A DNA stretch of 63,376 nt, the filler included, from Choristocarpus tenellus KU-1152 (lineage: Eukaryota > Protista > Phaeophyceae): NCBI GenBank assembly GCA_964200185.2. It is 9 parts of 9 records of this genome, joined end to end, with 100 filler letters (N's around TTAATTAATTAA, not from the genome) between each part and the next. Parts side by side here need not be neighbours in the genome. Positions count along the whole stretch, not along the records: positions 20,741 to 48,665 come from CAXNAD020000135.1; positions 48,766 to 52,516 come from CAXNAD020018158.1; positions 52,617 to 57,499 come from CAXNAD020012676.1; 6 more parts are not named here. One strand, 5' to 3'. The notes below the pieces were generated by a model, which was not told the origin of the DNA, did no database searches, and saw only the letters and a program-made list of their open reading frames with translations. Positions within the stretch are counted from its first letter, which is position 1; every line of letters starts with the position of its first letter. Of this stretch, positions 43,712-57,599 are shown one piece after another. A program made the translations under genes and the position numbers.

Positions 43712-45106
43712 CCCTTCCACACCCTTCTTCAGCACATCATCTCAAATCTCAACGAAAAAGGGATTGCCTCAATAACAGGCGTTGTCGTTTTTGAATTTGA
43801 TATTAACCACCATGAACAAAAAAACAAAAACATTACAACTTCCTCACACGTTTATTTAAGTTACTTTCAAGAAAAGGATGTAGAGTGTTGGACTTCTGAC
43901 ATGTCGTTTCCCATTTACTACAATCAACTTATACCTTCTACAACTAACCAAGAAAGATCATGTCCAACGACCCTACATCACCAACACACAAGGATGAATG
44001 CCACACAACAACTGCGCCCTATACCTCTTGCAACTACGACATACCGCATACTATATTTCCTTAGGCTATGGTATGGCAAGGAGTGCATCCGTGAGGGCGG
44101 TATGCAGTTACTGGCACTGCTGGGGCATGTCTTATTTGCCAAAAAAGGCTATTACTATTGTCCTCCTCGAGATTGCGATTGTTGTTGGCACATATATAAT
44201 ATATATATATATATATGTTGTAGTTGTTAGTTGCTGGGTGGAGTGCAATGGCATATTGTGTTGTGTCCTTCGAGAGACAGGAAAATTGCTTATACTTTCG
44301 TTTTGTTCTCTCTGTGGAATTCTGTCTCATCACGACAAGAAGAAGAAAATGCGTAATAATCATGCCAGCATTTTTATTTGACTGGGGGTTTGAAACCACT
44401 CACAACTAGGAACTGCTTCTTTCTACTAGAGGTAGTGTGGTATACAGAACATGTTCATACTACAACACTAGTTTTTGTATCTAAACGTATTGTGTAGACA
44501 TCTATCTCGGACAGTGCCATCTAGCTATTTTACTATATAAATGATCATCGCTTCAGAGAATGTGACTGATGCTCACGTTCACAAACAAATCGCGAAGGTG
44601 AAGATACCAGAATATTATGGAAGTAAATAGTTCATGAACTCCTTTCCTTCAACCCTCGGTTATCCCTTTCACAGTTTTTCGACCACCCACAGCCCACAAC
44701 TAGTCACCTCCAATTACTCACCTTCAATTCTTCCTTCCGTATCCAATTCCCCACTCTGTATCCTAAGTTTCTGAATTCCTGTATGATTCATCCAAATACG
44801 TTGTAGACATTCATGCACGATGGTAATCTTTTTTCTCCTTAGTTAGTAGTAGGGGGAGAGAAGATTGGGAAGCCCATAAATACGGAAGATTCGACCCAGT
44901 TCATCCTCTCTAATCCCACTTGGTGCAACAGGCAGTTACAGAGTTGGTGGAAACCCGAGTTGGATGTCAGCACTATCCTACAATTTGGTACACCCAACTC
45001 TTTTTAGTTAGGGTAATAAAACGACAAGTTTCTTCCTTCTGTTCGGTTTCGTGTTATTTGATTTGGACAGACGACGTGGAAGAAAAACGTTGCATTCACG
45101 CCTCCC

Positions 45107-46572
45107 ATGATCCGACTCACCACCTCGATCGGACATCATCAACACACTATATCCCCCATGCATGCCATCGGCCGCGTCCCACCTCGGGGACCTTCAAGAG
45201 TATTGGGCTCTATTTGCAAGACAGGAGTCCGCCATGGTGCCCCCACTCATGCATGGCGTCCACAACCGGAGATGATAGTTGCATCACAATGGCAGAGCAC
45301 ATCCTCAAGTAAAACATCACGTCAAAAACGGGGGGGGAGTGTGGGGTGGCTAACTGCTGCACAAGACAAGATTCGCGTGTATTCGCAGCTTTCCAAGTAT
45401 CGACTGAGTACTCTTGTTGTGTTCACTACATCCGCTGGATACCTGACGGCTGGGGGGCCCCTGGAGTTGTTACCGTTGTCCGCCGCTTGTTTGGGAACCA
45501 TGTTGGCATCGAGCTCAGCGAGTACTTTGAATCAAGTCATAGAGACAGAGAATGATTCGCTTATGAAGCGTACTCGCAACCGGCCCTTACCTTCGAAAAG
45601 GATCTCGCGACCCCATGCTCTCGGCTGGGCCGCAGTTTCTGGTGGTACAGGGATTGCTGTTCTGGCAGCAGGCACTAATCCTATCACGGCGGCCCTCGGC
45701 GCTGGCAATCTCTTTATGTATTCGCTACCCTACACTCTGTCGAAGACAAGAACTGAGCTGAACACTTGGATTGGATCCTTGGTTGGTGCTATACCCCCAG
45801 TGATGGGGTGGACAGCTGCAACAGGTGGTGCCCTGGATGTGGAGCCCTTGCTGCTTGCAGGTTACCTCTTCCTTTGGCAATTCCCTCACTTTTTTGCTCT
45901 CTCCTGGTTACACCGGGAAGACTATGCACGTGGGGGATTCAAGATGGTACGAATGTCGAGCATGTCTAGATTTGCCCAAACCCTGTTTTTCTGATGAATT
46001 ATGGAAGTATCTCTTACATGATCTAGTGCAAGTGTCTTGACTTTAACCCATTCTTCTTTCCCTGCTGCCAGGTTCCGTGTGCAGATCCAACAGGATCCCG
46101 CACTGCTGGGCTGATAGCACGTTATTCAGCATACCTGTTGCCGATTCCGTTAGTAGCAGCAGCGTTTGACGCCACCAGCTGGATGTTTGCTGTGGAGGGC
46201 ACAGCATTGAACGCAGTCATGCTCTACCATGGGTACCGCTTCCACCAGGACCGCTCAAACTCAAATGCGCGGAAAGTTTTCAGGACTTCACTGTGGCACC
46301 TGCCAGTTGTGCTAGCATTGTTTGTGTTCCATTCACGGAACTGGTGGGAGGAGGAGGAAAACCTTCGTGAAGGGCAGGTGGAGCACACCTCCGTCCAGAA
46401 AATTCGATCCTGGCTCAAGGGTGCATGCATCCACGAAATAATTGTTCTGGAGGATAAGTCTGCGTACTGTCCTGCTGTGGTGGCAGAAGAGGCAGCAGAT
46501 ATGGCAAAGCGCACAGCGACTGCGGCAGCACAACAGACCAAAGACCAAGAGTTCAACTGGAAGACAGGATAG
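45107..46572 (+). CDS. COX10: Protoheme IX farnesyltransferase (heme O synthase), mitochondrial, complete, ~446 aa
   Basis: Exons 45107-45946 and 46072-46572. Motifs LSKYRLSTLVV, NQVIE..ND..MKRTRNRPLPS, NTWIGSLVGAIPPVMGWTAA and LWQFPHFFALSW..REDYARGGFKM. The Arg/Ser-rich N-terminus resembles a presequence. Confidence 0.96.
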
Positions 46573-49251
46573 GGAGCTGACTGCTGTACTTGCAGCATTG
46601 AGGTATTGATCCACTTTCCCTTCTGAGTGAATGTAATATAGGAATAATCGTTTATTAAATACCTCCAGTTTCATCACTTTAGCCCCATCACTGAGGGCAT
46701 CTTTAACCAGGAGCTGACGCGCACATGCCTCACAAATGATGACTTTACTACGTGGTGTGCAGCATCCAGGTTTCCTCTGTTCTTCTTTGCCCATCTATGG
46801 AACCATTCAAGCTCATTCATCCTGAAAGGAAGCAGCTGGGGAGGTACAGCAAGGTGTTGGCCAATGTTGTCTCTGTGTGCTAGAGTTCATTAACCTGAAG
46901 AATCCATGCCAGTATTTATTTTGGTATGATTGAAGGGTTAGGGGGTATAGTACAATAAGCAGCATTTAAGAACAGTAAATCTATAGCCTCTATCCGTCAT
47001 TCAGCCTAAAGGATGCATTTGTCCTGCAGCAAACCCTACCCCTTCAATATTTTATTGGCGGTTTTCATATTTGTGGGTCACACTGAACGCAATCTTGAAT
47101 TTATTTAAGTGTTCCTCTCGATAGTTCTTATATTGTGCTTGCCCAAGACATTCTAGTGGAAGGTGCAATGAAACTGTGAAAACATTGCGCAAGACTGATG
47201 CTCACCGGGTTAAAGAAGTGGGTATCATCGACCTTGTTTGCCTCAAGGGTATCTCGGTGCAAGGCTAACACAAAACCCTGAAGATGAGTTGGTTAGGACA
47301 CAATGGTTGGTGAGTGTTATGTTTCCATAGCGAAAGGCAGTAAACTACAGAATTATGGAAGAGAGTTAGCGTTTTTTCTTTCATCCTTTGTCTCCAACTA
47401 CTTAGCTCACATTCAGGAAGAAATTTGGATGCTCTGACAGCAGGAAACTCTCCACCACAAGTGCAGATGATGGAGCCATCCATCCTTCATTTTGCCCCTG
47501 CTGCACACCTCGATAATTAATGCCAGGCCTATCACTGACAGGGCCGTATGCACCAGGGTGCTCCCAATCAGCCGCTGAGGGTGTGCCAAGGGGAAAACAC
47601 AAGCATCTAGTAATTATAGGTTGCACAAATACTTCTGGCAGGACAGTGTGGAGTTGTTGGCTGATGGTAAAAGATAGACTCCAAAATACCATCATCCATT
47701 TCTTGGACGATTGTAGTGTACAGCCGATTGATTCCTGTTTATTTTGCTAAAGGAAGTATGCTTCTCTTCTCCGTGGAGTTTTTAAGGGGTGTAAGAATAG
47801 CAACATCAAGGGTACTATCATGAACTTGGTAAGTATCCTCTAAGGACTGTAGGTTGGATGTAAAATTTGTGTTGCAGCTGGGGCTCCCGCCCTGTGGATG
47901 TGTTGAACTTCTTTATTGTGCCTTAAAAGGAAAGACCAGTCCAAAAAGGAATTTGTGCAGCTTAAACAAGATTAATGTCTGAAAACACAGATAAATTTAT
48001 TTATATATACTATGTATCTTTGCTTAGCACAACTCCTAATTTGATCGTGTGTAACTCTGTACATGAATCAGAACAAGGGACTGTCTCCAACTCATTCTAT
48101 TTGCTTGGACGCATTACACTAGGCGACTTGTCCCCAATGGCCTCTCATTCAAGACAAAATCCTATCTTGTGTCCATAACATTTAGCAAAATGATGACACA
48201 GCATGAAATATAAACACTGTGCACTAAGAGTGCTACATTGTTCAAGGAGTGTAGGATTATTTCAACACATACTTCTTGCTCCTGCTACCATATGGAGGAA
48301 CCCTGCATGTTGTCCCAGTTCCTGGCTATATTACAGCATAGTCCTACATGATTCAGTGCCATATGAAGTAAATCTACAGTGTCAGTGCACCTACCTGCAT
48401 CTGTAAGATGGTGAAAGGAATGATCAACTTCAGCATCGTGATTGAGTAAAACAATGACATCACATGCTTTGTCCAAAAGTCTGTTGACTCCGCTGTTCCA
48501 TGTTCCAGTTAAACCACCAGACTCTGTTTGATTCTTCTTGTGAATAAGACCTGGAAGGGTGAGGTAAACACTTTAGGAGATAGTAGGGTTATTCGAGGAT
48601 CAATCTCAACGTATGTCAAGTTGCTTGAGGGTCAAAGTATCTTGGGGGGGGTGTCGGCGTCCGTTNNNNNNNNNNNNNNNNNNNNNNNNNNNNNNNNNNN
48701 NNNNNNNNNTTAATTAATTAANNNNNNNNNNNNNNNNNNNNNNNNNNNNNNNNNNNNNNNNNNNNATCTGGGGGTTCTGTCGTGTAGTACCACTCTCAAG
48801 TGTGAAATTAGCTGTTAGCGATTGATGCAGATGGATGAGCAGACTCAACTTTAATTGTTGTAAGAGATAAGAGCTTGAATATTTTGTGGGGAGAGTTTAT
48901 TAATAGGTTATTGGAAGTTTCAACTTGGCTTAAATGTCCCTATCTGCTAGATGAAGGGATTGTGGAGGTGTGTTGCAATGACAACCCCCTTATTTTTCGA
49001 AGAAGCCCCACTTGTCATTCAAAATCCTCTCATGCCATGTCCCTTTGTGCAGAGAGAACTGTATGTGTAGGCCAGTGTCTTATCAAGGAGAATACATTTT
49101 TAATTTTCCCAGTGTTGAGCCTTGTTGATGGCAACGCAAAAGAAATAAGGTAGGCAAATAGCTGTCTATCTGACCTCTCCTTTCCGGTCTTGTTTTGGTT
49201 TTCAACACACTGTTAACTGTGATTGCTTTGCATACCTGTCTCTCTTGGCAG

Positions 49252-51961
49252 ACTTAGAGGCCAAGGAGTGAAGTTCCCGCAGGTGGACAACAGTGCTCCG
49301 GTATTCACACCTCCAGCAAGCATCTCCAAGACCGTTTCTAGGGAGCCAACAGTTCCTCCGTCTCAAGATCAGCTGGAGAAACTCGAGGCAGACATCGAGG
49401 TGGGTTTGCTGATGGTATAGTAGCACATGGCATGTTGGATCAAATGTTCATCTTGTAGAGGATGCAACTTCCGGTGCAGCTGCTCCTGGTGTTGTTAGGT
49501 GTATGGAAGATGGGGGGGGCATGACTGGCATGAGTGTTTTGCACCACTGACTAAGTGACAGCCATAATCACAATCCACACACCAGTCCATGCAACCAGAT
49601 TTGATCAACTTTGGTCACACCAACAGTGATGAAGAAAATGTTGTAATAACAACCCCAAGATGGTGTTCTCCTGTAGCACTATTTCTGTTTCCTTATCTCT
49701 TTTTGAATCTTCTATGCTTTGCACACATTAGTTGTACTTTTAAATGCCAAAGTTCACCTTGTCGCATTAGTCCCCCAGCCCCCCCCCCTCCTCTCCCCCC
49801 CATTCTTTTTTTGTTGTTTAGAATCATTCTCCTTTTTTTTCTTGCTCTCTTTCTTGATACCAGGAAATTTGAAAGTAGCTCTTCCTTGATAATGTTCTGA
49901 CAGTATTGCCAAATTGCAGTATAGTTGAAATGGTAAATTGTACAAGAGAATTATTTATTTTTAACAAGTGCTCTGAAGCTTAGACAAGCAGTTTCCAGGT
50001 ATACCATTGTTGTGCAGGGAAGGACAGTTTTGATGTGTTCTTGTCAATTTGTCTATATTGATTGATGCAGGGTAAGGCTTTGAAATTTAGTCCGGAGGAC
50101 ATTAGTTGAGCTAGATGCCTCTCACCCGAGGAGATGCCCTCAATCCACTTTCCCTACCTGTATTGCAATGTTGGAAGCAAGCTGGCCTTCACAATGGGTG
50201 GCTGATTTATTTTTTTCAGTTGAAACATGTCACATCATAATATTCAATAGAAAAATTCAAGATGTTCTGACCCACACTTCAACGTAGAGATGACTGTGGC
50301 TACACGCAGTAGATGTCTTAACACATTCCAGAGTTGGTGAACATATTGAATGCAGTGGTGGTTTTTATAGAATAGCAGGTGTTCCGAATTATACCCTCCT
50401 CTAGCTCATCCCCACTTATCTTTATTGATAGCAGCAGGGATCCCATTCACGAACTGTTCACCACCCACCCAATCTCCCACCCCTTTCCTCCTTTCCTGAT
50501 CGTGTGCCTAATCCAACCCTGTTATTGGGTAGAGTGTTAAGGAGAAAGTCATGCTCTGTGGTCAAATGCTGCAAGGGCCAAGAGGGATGGACAATGACGA
50601 GGCCTTGGAAGATTTGGTAGGGTTTTTGGAGGCATGCAGACCACGCATGGTGGATTTGGTGGAGGCAGGAATGGCCGGGGGGTTGGGGGAGGGGTTGTTT
50701 GAGAAGTGTCTGAAGGTGAGCGAGAGAGAGGATACTAACCCTAACCCTAACCCAACATACATTGAAGAACGAGGGGGTTGGGAGATGGCTGGAGGGGGTG
50801 GACTTTGCATTGGGTAAGGCATCTTACTTGCCTATAGGTTTGAGTCTATGAAGGGTGCTAGGATGCAGGTGTCCAGGATGTGGCTTGTTGGATGGTGTTA
50901 CACTCACACCTCTTTGTTTTCACCTCTTCCAGGTGGCTATCTTATTGTGTGAAAATCTCTTTTCACATTGAACTTTAAAATATGGCTGAATCTACTGGGA
51001 GAAATATCAGACAGCTACCTATTTCGTCGAAACAAGTGGATGTGATGTGATGTGATGTGATGTGATGCCATTTTTACCTGTGGTTTGGTTCCTATCGGGT
51101 AAAGGACAGTATGTGTACATGAGACAATCATTGTTGCCTCTGTAATATTTGTATGTTGTACCTGGTATATACGAGTGTTTCATAAGTGCTGTCTGTGATG
51201 TCACTCTTTTTGCCCTGCTCAGCTTTTGACGTGGTTGAAGAGTCTTTGTTGACCCCTCAGCTAGTATTACACCACAGCACCTTTTCTGTACCTGGATACT
51301 GTCCATGACCTTGGTATGTGTGTCCTGGCCAACAGTACTGCTCACACCCTGCCCCTTCCCTGTTGGTTGATTTTGTTGGTTTGTTGATGAGAATAGATCA
51401 ATGATGCCCTCCTGCGCACGTTGGAGGCACAGCAGTCAGGTACTAATCTCTCCCTGAAGGAATTGGAAAGGGATGGTGATGGGGATAGCGATACTGCTGC
51501 CCTTATTGACTTCGGTGGGGATGAGGAGGGGGGCAAGGGAGGCATGGAAGAACCGCCAGTCGCAAAGGTGAATAGTTGGGGGGGTTTTGGGGTCCAATTT
51601 TATATTTTTTAGGTGGGGCAAGATCTGAAGTACACTACTGCTAACATTTGTGCAAGTGCTGAAAAGAAAGGAACACTGTGCTGATTGAGGTTCACATTTG
51701 ACTGAGAAAGCAAAATTCATGGTCTACTGGCAATGTGCCACCCCACCCACCGCCCAGCCCCCCACGTTACCGCTGATGGGACAAATCGACTAATCACCCT
51801 TTTTCAACAGATGTCTGCTTTCTCTATTGGGGGGGGAGGGGAAGATGACGATGATGATGCCCTTCTGCGCCGATCAAGCCCTTCTGGTGCAAGAGGAGGG
51901 ATGGGTAAATTAGGAGCTGTCCCCCTCAAGGAATCTGCAAGCTCCATTAAGGGCGGGTCAG
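49252..51961 (+). CDS. TOM1-like (TOL, VHS-GAT) endosomal sorting protein, partial
   Basis: Exons 49252-49399 (LRGQGVKFPQVDNSAPVFTPP, the typical post-VHS motif), 50533-50715 and 51397-51567 (GAT-like: LEDLVGFLEACRPRMVDLVE...LFEKCLKINDALLRTLE; LIDFG clathrin-box-like) and 51811-51961. Phases are compatible. Confidence 0.82.
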
Positions 51962-52986
51962 GTGAGGTCTGGGGGAAGGGTTTATAGTATTTTTCGTGTG
52001 ATACACAGGGGTGATGGCAACTATAATACCACAGACAGCTGCTGTCAGTTGTTAGTACTGGCGTGTTCTTATAGCAATCCTATTTGTTTTTCAAAGGAAG
52101 GTTATGTTATGGGGATGGTCTGACAGGCAGAAAGGTGAACAAGCAAGTACTTACCAATGGAAGGGAGACCATGTGTGCTTGTACCTGTCGGTGGAAGTTG
52201 AGTCGTGGTACTGTGTTAATAGGTACAATTGCAAAGTAGAAACAATTTTTCCCTGCAAAATGCTCTCTAGTTGTATTCTCAATGTTTCTGAGTTGGAGGA
52301 AACTTTCTGTTCCTTTTTTTGAGTTGGAAATCATCCAAGTAATTGTCAAGCACTCCATAGGAAGGTGGGTATTTGTGCTGCAATTGCCCAATTGCATTAT
52401 TCAGTTATTATCAGCTGCGCAAATGGAATTCACACATCTGAGACCCCCCCCCTGTCAACATCAAACCATGAAAAGCCTTATACCGATTTGAATGGTAATG
52501 CAGTCTATTAGTACACNNNNNNNNNNNNNNNNNNNNNNNNNNNNNNNNNNNNNNNNNNNNTTAATTAATTAANNNNNNNNNNNNNNNNNNNNNNNNNNNN
52601 NNNNNNNNNNNNNNNNTAGCCCCAGGCAGGGCTCAGGAATGTCAGTCCCTTCTCCCCTCCCCCCCTCCTGCCGCCCACCAGCCCAACAATTTCTTACAGT
52701 GCGAAACTTGAGTTTCTGGATTAAAAGACTAGTGCTTCCAGATTTATCAAATGGAGGCAGTCATTGCCTTAAAGACAATAGTAATTATAATTGTTATAAT
52801 TGCTAGACGAGAAGCAATCGGCATCTGTAACTGTAGTCATACCCACCGCAGTGAACCGTCACACTGTTACCCTCCCTGTCTACCTCTCAAAAACCCTCAT
52901 CTGAGTATCATGTTGTATATTGTGTGTGTTGTATACTGTATGTTGTATACTTGTCAAGACAGAAGTGTACCAGAAGATAAATTCTA

Positions 52987-53246
52987 AAAGTATCTTAGGG
53001 TTAGGGTAGAGCCGCGTCCGTTTGGGGGCCACAATCCAATGTTGCAATTTTGATGTAATTTTGGCAATCGTGTTTGTTAGGAAGTGTCAATATCCTTATT
53101 CCGGACACACCTTTTTCAGAACGTATACATTTTACCTACTCCTAAACATTTCGAAGTAAGAAAATGTTACAAAAAAACCCCATGGGAAGCCAAGCCCCAA
53201 ATGGACAAACAGGGCAAAACGTGTACCCTTTGAGATACTTTCACTC
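52987..53246. mobile_element. MITE family A, copy 3
   Basis: AAAAGTATCTTAGGGTTAGGGTAG ... TACCCTTTGAGATACTTTCACTC; colinear with 2257-2515. Confidence 0.83.
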
Positions 53247-53627
53247 CAATTAAAAAAAATAAGGCAGTTCAGCATCATACAACTTGGGAGGACAACATCA
53301 ATGACACCTCAAGTCAGTTATCCACAGTGGTTTTCTAAACAGAGGCGTATAGTCACTTGTAATAAAAATGTAACAAAAACGCAAAAGTCGTCCCACATTC
53401 TTCCTTACATGACTACATATAAAAAAAAACTGCCCTGCTTCACAGCAAAAAAGCATACCACTGCACCAAAAACATGCCATTGACTCAGTACCTCAATGAT
53501 ACGATAGGTGATGAAATCCTACAGGTGGAGGAGTTAACAGGACCACACTGATAGGCAGACTTGGAATAACACTTTAAAAATGCTACTCTATTCAAGAACA
53601 TCATATATATACTTTTTTCTCACTCAC

Positions 53628-54598
53628 CGTGTAGAAGTGGACACCCAAATCAACGCCATCCACTGGTGTGGAAAATTCATCAATGTCATCATCATCATCC
53701 CATCCAAGATACCCAATCGCATCCTGACAGGGTGTGTATCCAATCAAACACGTTCAAAAGAAAAAAAAGAAAATGAGATGTATCAGGGGGGAGGGGAGGA
53801 CAATAGGGGTGTGTGTGTGTGTGTGTGAGATGAACTAGGAAAAACGGCAATGTATGGCAACTCCTAACGTACACAGAAATAACTCTATCTGTGCCTTATG
53901 TGACTCTTAAAACAGTACAAGCATTGACCAAGGTCGAGTGCCTTAGGAGAGACGGATGAGTTGTATGTATAGTAGAAACCAAGTCAGACTCTGCGATGTA
54001 GGAAGAACTAACACCAACCACTCTGTGAAAGAAAAAATGTCAACAAAGTGTGAATTTATTTTTTATTATTAAGAATAGGCATGTCACTCAAAAGAAAGTG
54101 AAAAATAATAATAAAAAAAACGAGGGAAGAGAATCCGTGGTAAAAAACAAACTTGAACTAGCAACAAGCTGTGTGTGTACTAAAGAGTCACAGGGTACAA
54201 GGGTGCTCTTATATTACTCAATACAGTAAAGAACTCCGGAACTAAACAGCACAGCTCTGGAGCATTCCACAGCACAACACTTCAGTATAAGTTCACAGAA
54301 CAAAACCATCATATACACCACAAGGCTGGTCAATCACCAGCATTCAAACTAAAAATAATTGCGTACAGCTCACCTTGTCATTCCCAGCAAACGCCTTCAT
54401 ATACTCAATATCCTCCAAATTCTTGACATCCTGATCGTCGGTGAAACCTTCATCCTCTTCCCCTTCCCCACCTTCCCCATCCTCTTCCCCCCCCTCCACC
54501 TCTTCATCATCATCATCCTCATCATCTCCCTCTTCCTCCCCTTCCTTCTCTGCAGCCTCCTTTGCCTCAGCCTCAAGAGCTTCCACTTCAGATACCAT
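53628..54598 (-). CDS. Importin-7/8 (SAD2/Nmd5)-like acidic C-terminal exons, partial
   Basis: Exons 54374-54598 and 53628-53723, phase 0, GT-AG. A long D/E tract is followed by DDDIDEFSTPVDGVDLGVHF, resembling the importin-7/8 f.sPiD.vD..vfF motif. Confidence 0.65.
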
Positions 54599-55062
54599 CT
54601 GATTCGTTTAATGCATAAATGCCATGACTAAGAAAAAATATGTAACAAAATAATAATAATAATAATAATGAGAAATAGATACAGATACAACAGTCACGAT
54701 GACCCCACCGCCGCATCATGGACTAAACCCCTCCAATGGAAAAAAAAAACCTTACTGTCACCAACAAATTACAGGCGCCTGCCATGGGTTCATATTTTCG
54801 GGAAAAGCATCGCCAACAACATTTGGGGCACTGCCCTGTCCAGAACACCAAAATTACAATGGGAAGCATTAGGACCTGTCGGGTGGGACTGATAAACAGA
54901 CTGATAAACCGACTAATAAACAGAAGCTACAGCCCTCGGTCCAGAAATGTCAAGAGCTGGGCTTGCTAACTGGTACCCATCTGAACAAAGTAAGCAAACA
55001 GTGATAGTGGAGTAATGTCACCTTGGCGTGATGACTGTCCATTGAACAAAATCGGACAAGCC

Positions 55063-55200
55063 AGACAAACAGGTTAAAAAAAAAAACAGGTTAACAGGTT
55101 AAAAAAAAAATTAGACAAACAGGTTAAAAAACCAGGCAAACAGGTTAAAAAAATCAGAAAAACAGGTTAAAAAACCCCAGACAAACAGGTTAAAAAAACT
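55063..55200. repeat. AAACAGGTTAAAAAA short tandem repeat
   Basis: Seven AACAGGTTAA cores at irregular spacing of about 10-25 bp. Confidence 0.85.
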
Positions 55201-56512
55201 ACCTACACGCACCTCGAAAGGGCGATGAGGAGGATGGTTAGGAGGAAAACACAACACCCAGAGTTTAACTTTTATACCTGCTGTGATTGTGTTGAGATAG
55301 TACACTCACAGCAGATATCAAATCCTTGGAGAAATGGATTTGTTACAAAAAGGGAGTCAAGCCTAGTCAAGCCCTACCTTGCTGTAACAAGATGACAAAC
55401 ATGGTACTGCATGGGCATGCAAGCTGGCAGTGTCAACAACAGCATCACTAGGGCACAGGAACGGCTAAAGAGGATGTAGTTGAGATACATCCCTTGGCAC
55501 AGGATGTAAGGGATGAGATACTAGACGTAGCCTGATACACAACCGCCTCTATAAAGGCTGACGAGAAAAGGGGGGGTATCTCAGAAGACAAGATTTGAAA
55601 AAAAAAGAGAGCTGGTGGTGGTGATGGCGATGGTGGGGGAGGGGCAAGCCTTTCTCCACCTCCCTTTGTTGAGGCGTTGCCACACTCCCATCAAGAGACC
55701 TCTTGATTCGGAGGTGAAGGCTTAGAGAGAAAAATAAAAATAAAGGATTAGATGAGGCCTGCACATTGCTGCCACAAGGTGAAGAGAAAAAAATAAAAAT
55801 AAAAAGCAAGTTACTGAGTGCTTATACCTCAACACCTGTGATACCAGACAGCAATACCAGGTAGATCTTTGGCTCATAGGTCTTGTGTGGCATATATTGC
55901 CATGACACAGTTTCCTTGAACCTTTTATTTTCAGTCGAATACACAAAAAATTGCAGTGCCACAACAACGCCATGTACCCTAACCCTAAGTGATCAATACC
56001 TAATACAGGTTAAAAAAAATGTGGACCATGCTCGATTCACTTGGGTCATGAAGTACACACTGCTTTCGACCTGTTTCAGACATTTCTTAATGGCAAAATT
56101 GGAAAAATTCCACTTTAAGGCACGCCGGTCCCGATATAGCGACACATGCCTTAACACATTCTTCTCCGAATAAGGCACGTATTGTGCAAACTCTTACAAG
56201 CACGCCTTAAAATGGTACCCCCACTGTAACCGCCATCTTAAGGAGGAATCAAGCGAGTGAGCTCTACAACCTATCAAACGCACCAGTCAATGGTTACACA
56301 AGGTACAATACTGGTACCAAGGAGTACCTGAGGTGTGGTACAACAAAATAGAGGCCTTATGTGGGGGTGGACCGTTGACCAATTCAGACATCTCCCACGT
56401 TCCACTTCAAAATCAGCACTCGGCGGAGTGAACCATGTAAACACTACACGGTTCACCGTAAAGAGTACCAGTAATTCTTTGATATGAGTACCATAACACA
56501 TACCACAAACAG

Positions 56513-56680
56513 GTTCTTTGATACTCATACTGTACCACTAACCGAACTAGAGCAGGAGCAGTTCTTTTCACTCATACTGTACCATTAACCGAACTAGAGC
56601 AGGAGCAGTTCTTTGATACTCATACTGTACCAGCGGGGTGAACCAAAACAGTTCTTTTAGCAGGGTGAACCAAAGCAGAC
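56513..56680. repeat. 47-48-bp tandem repeat (about 2.5 units plus fragments)
   Basis: GTTCTTT..ACTCATACTGTACCA.TAACCGAACTAGAGCAGGAGCA starting at 56513, 56561 and 56608. Confidence 0.85.
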
Positions 56681-57599
56681 AAGACCATACAAACATCTAG
56701 AGGACATGAACCAATCCATTATAAAAATTGGGAACTGGGCTGGCCCAAAGACAGTACCACAGAAATAGTGGAGAACCCTGACTGGACCAGTCATGCCTAA
56801 ACCATGGTACACACGTTACACACGTTACACACCATGGTACACTACCTGAATCGAATCTGAATCTACCTGAAACATCAAACATCATCATCACACACCACAC
56901 CACCAAGATAACATCATCATGACAAGACAGTAGAAAACAGTCGGCAGCCCTGTAACAGCCGGGTCAATAATAAAACAGAACCAATTCCATCCGGTTCACA
57001 TCCACATCATCCTAACTGCTGTGATTCGGATAAGTTAAATCGAAAATAAAAAGTTAAGTTAAATTTAAATCGGCTGAAATCTCTCTTTCATGTATCCACC
57101 AAATAATATTTGGTCAAGATGCACTCATCTCTCAAGTGAAATCTCTCAAGCCCCGAGTGCAACATACTGATCGTGCGTTCAAACAAAAATATCCAATCAA
57201 ATACCTTCATATAAATTTAATATCTAGGTAACTATTTTCGTTTTCGATTGATCACGAATTTGTTACATAGCAGCGATTGGATCACTACGGCGATTCACAA
57301 CACAAAGCCTTCCCGACCTTACAAAACACAGCAGGATACCCCTGCAATCATTGCACCAGGACAGACTAAATACACTACATTCAAGCCAATTGACACCAGA
57401 ATTCCCACAAAGAGATTGTGCTACCCCCCCTCGCACCCCCCACCCCCCCCCCCCCTCCACGCCCCCCCCCCCACGCCACCAAGCCCCTCCCCCCCCCCCN
57501 NNNNNNNNNNNNNNNNNNNNNNNNNNNNNNNNNNNNNNNNNNNTTAATTAATTAANNNNNNNNNNNNNNNNNNNNNNNNNNNNNNNNNNNNNNNNNNNN

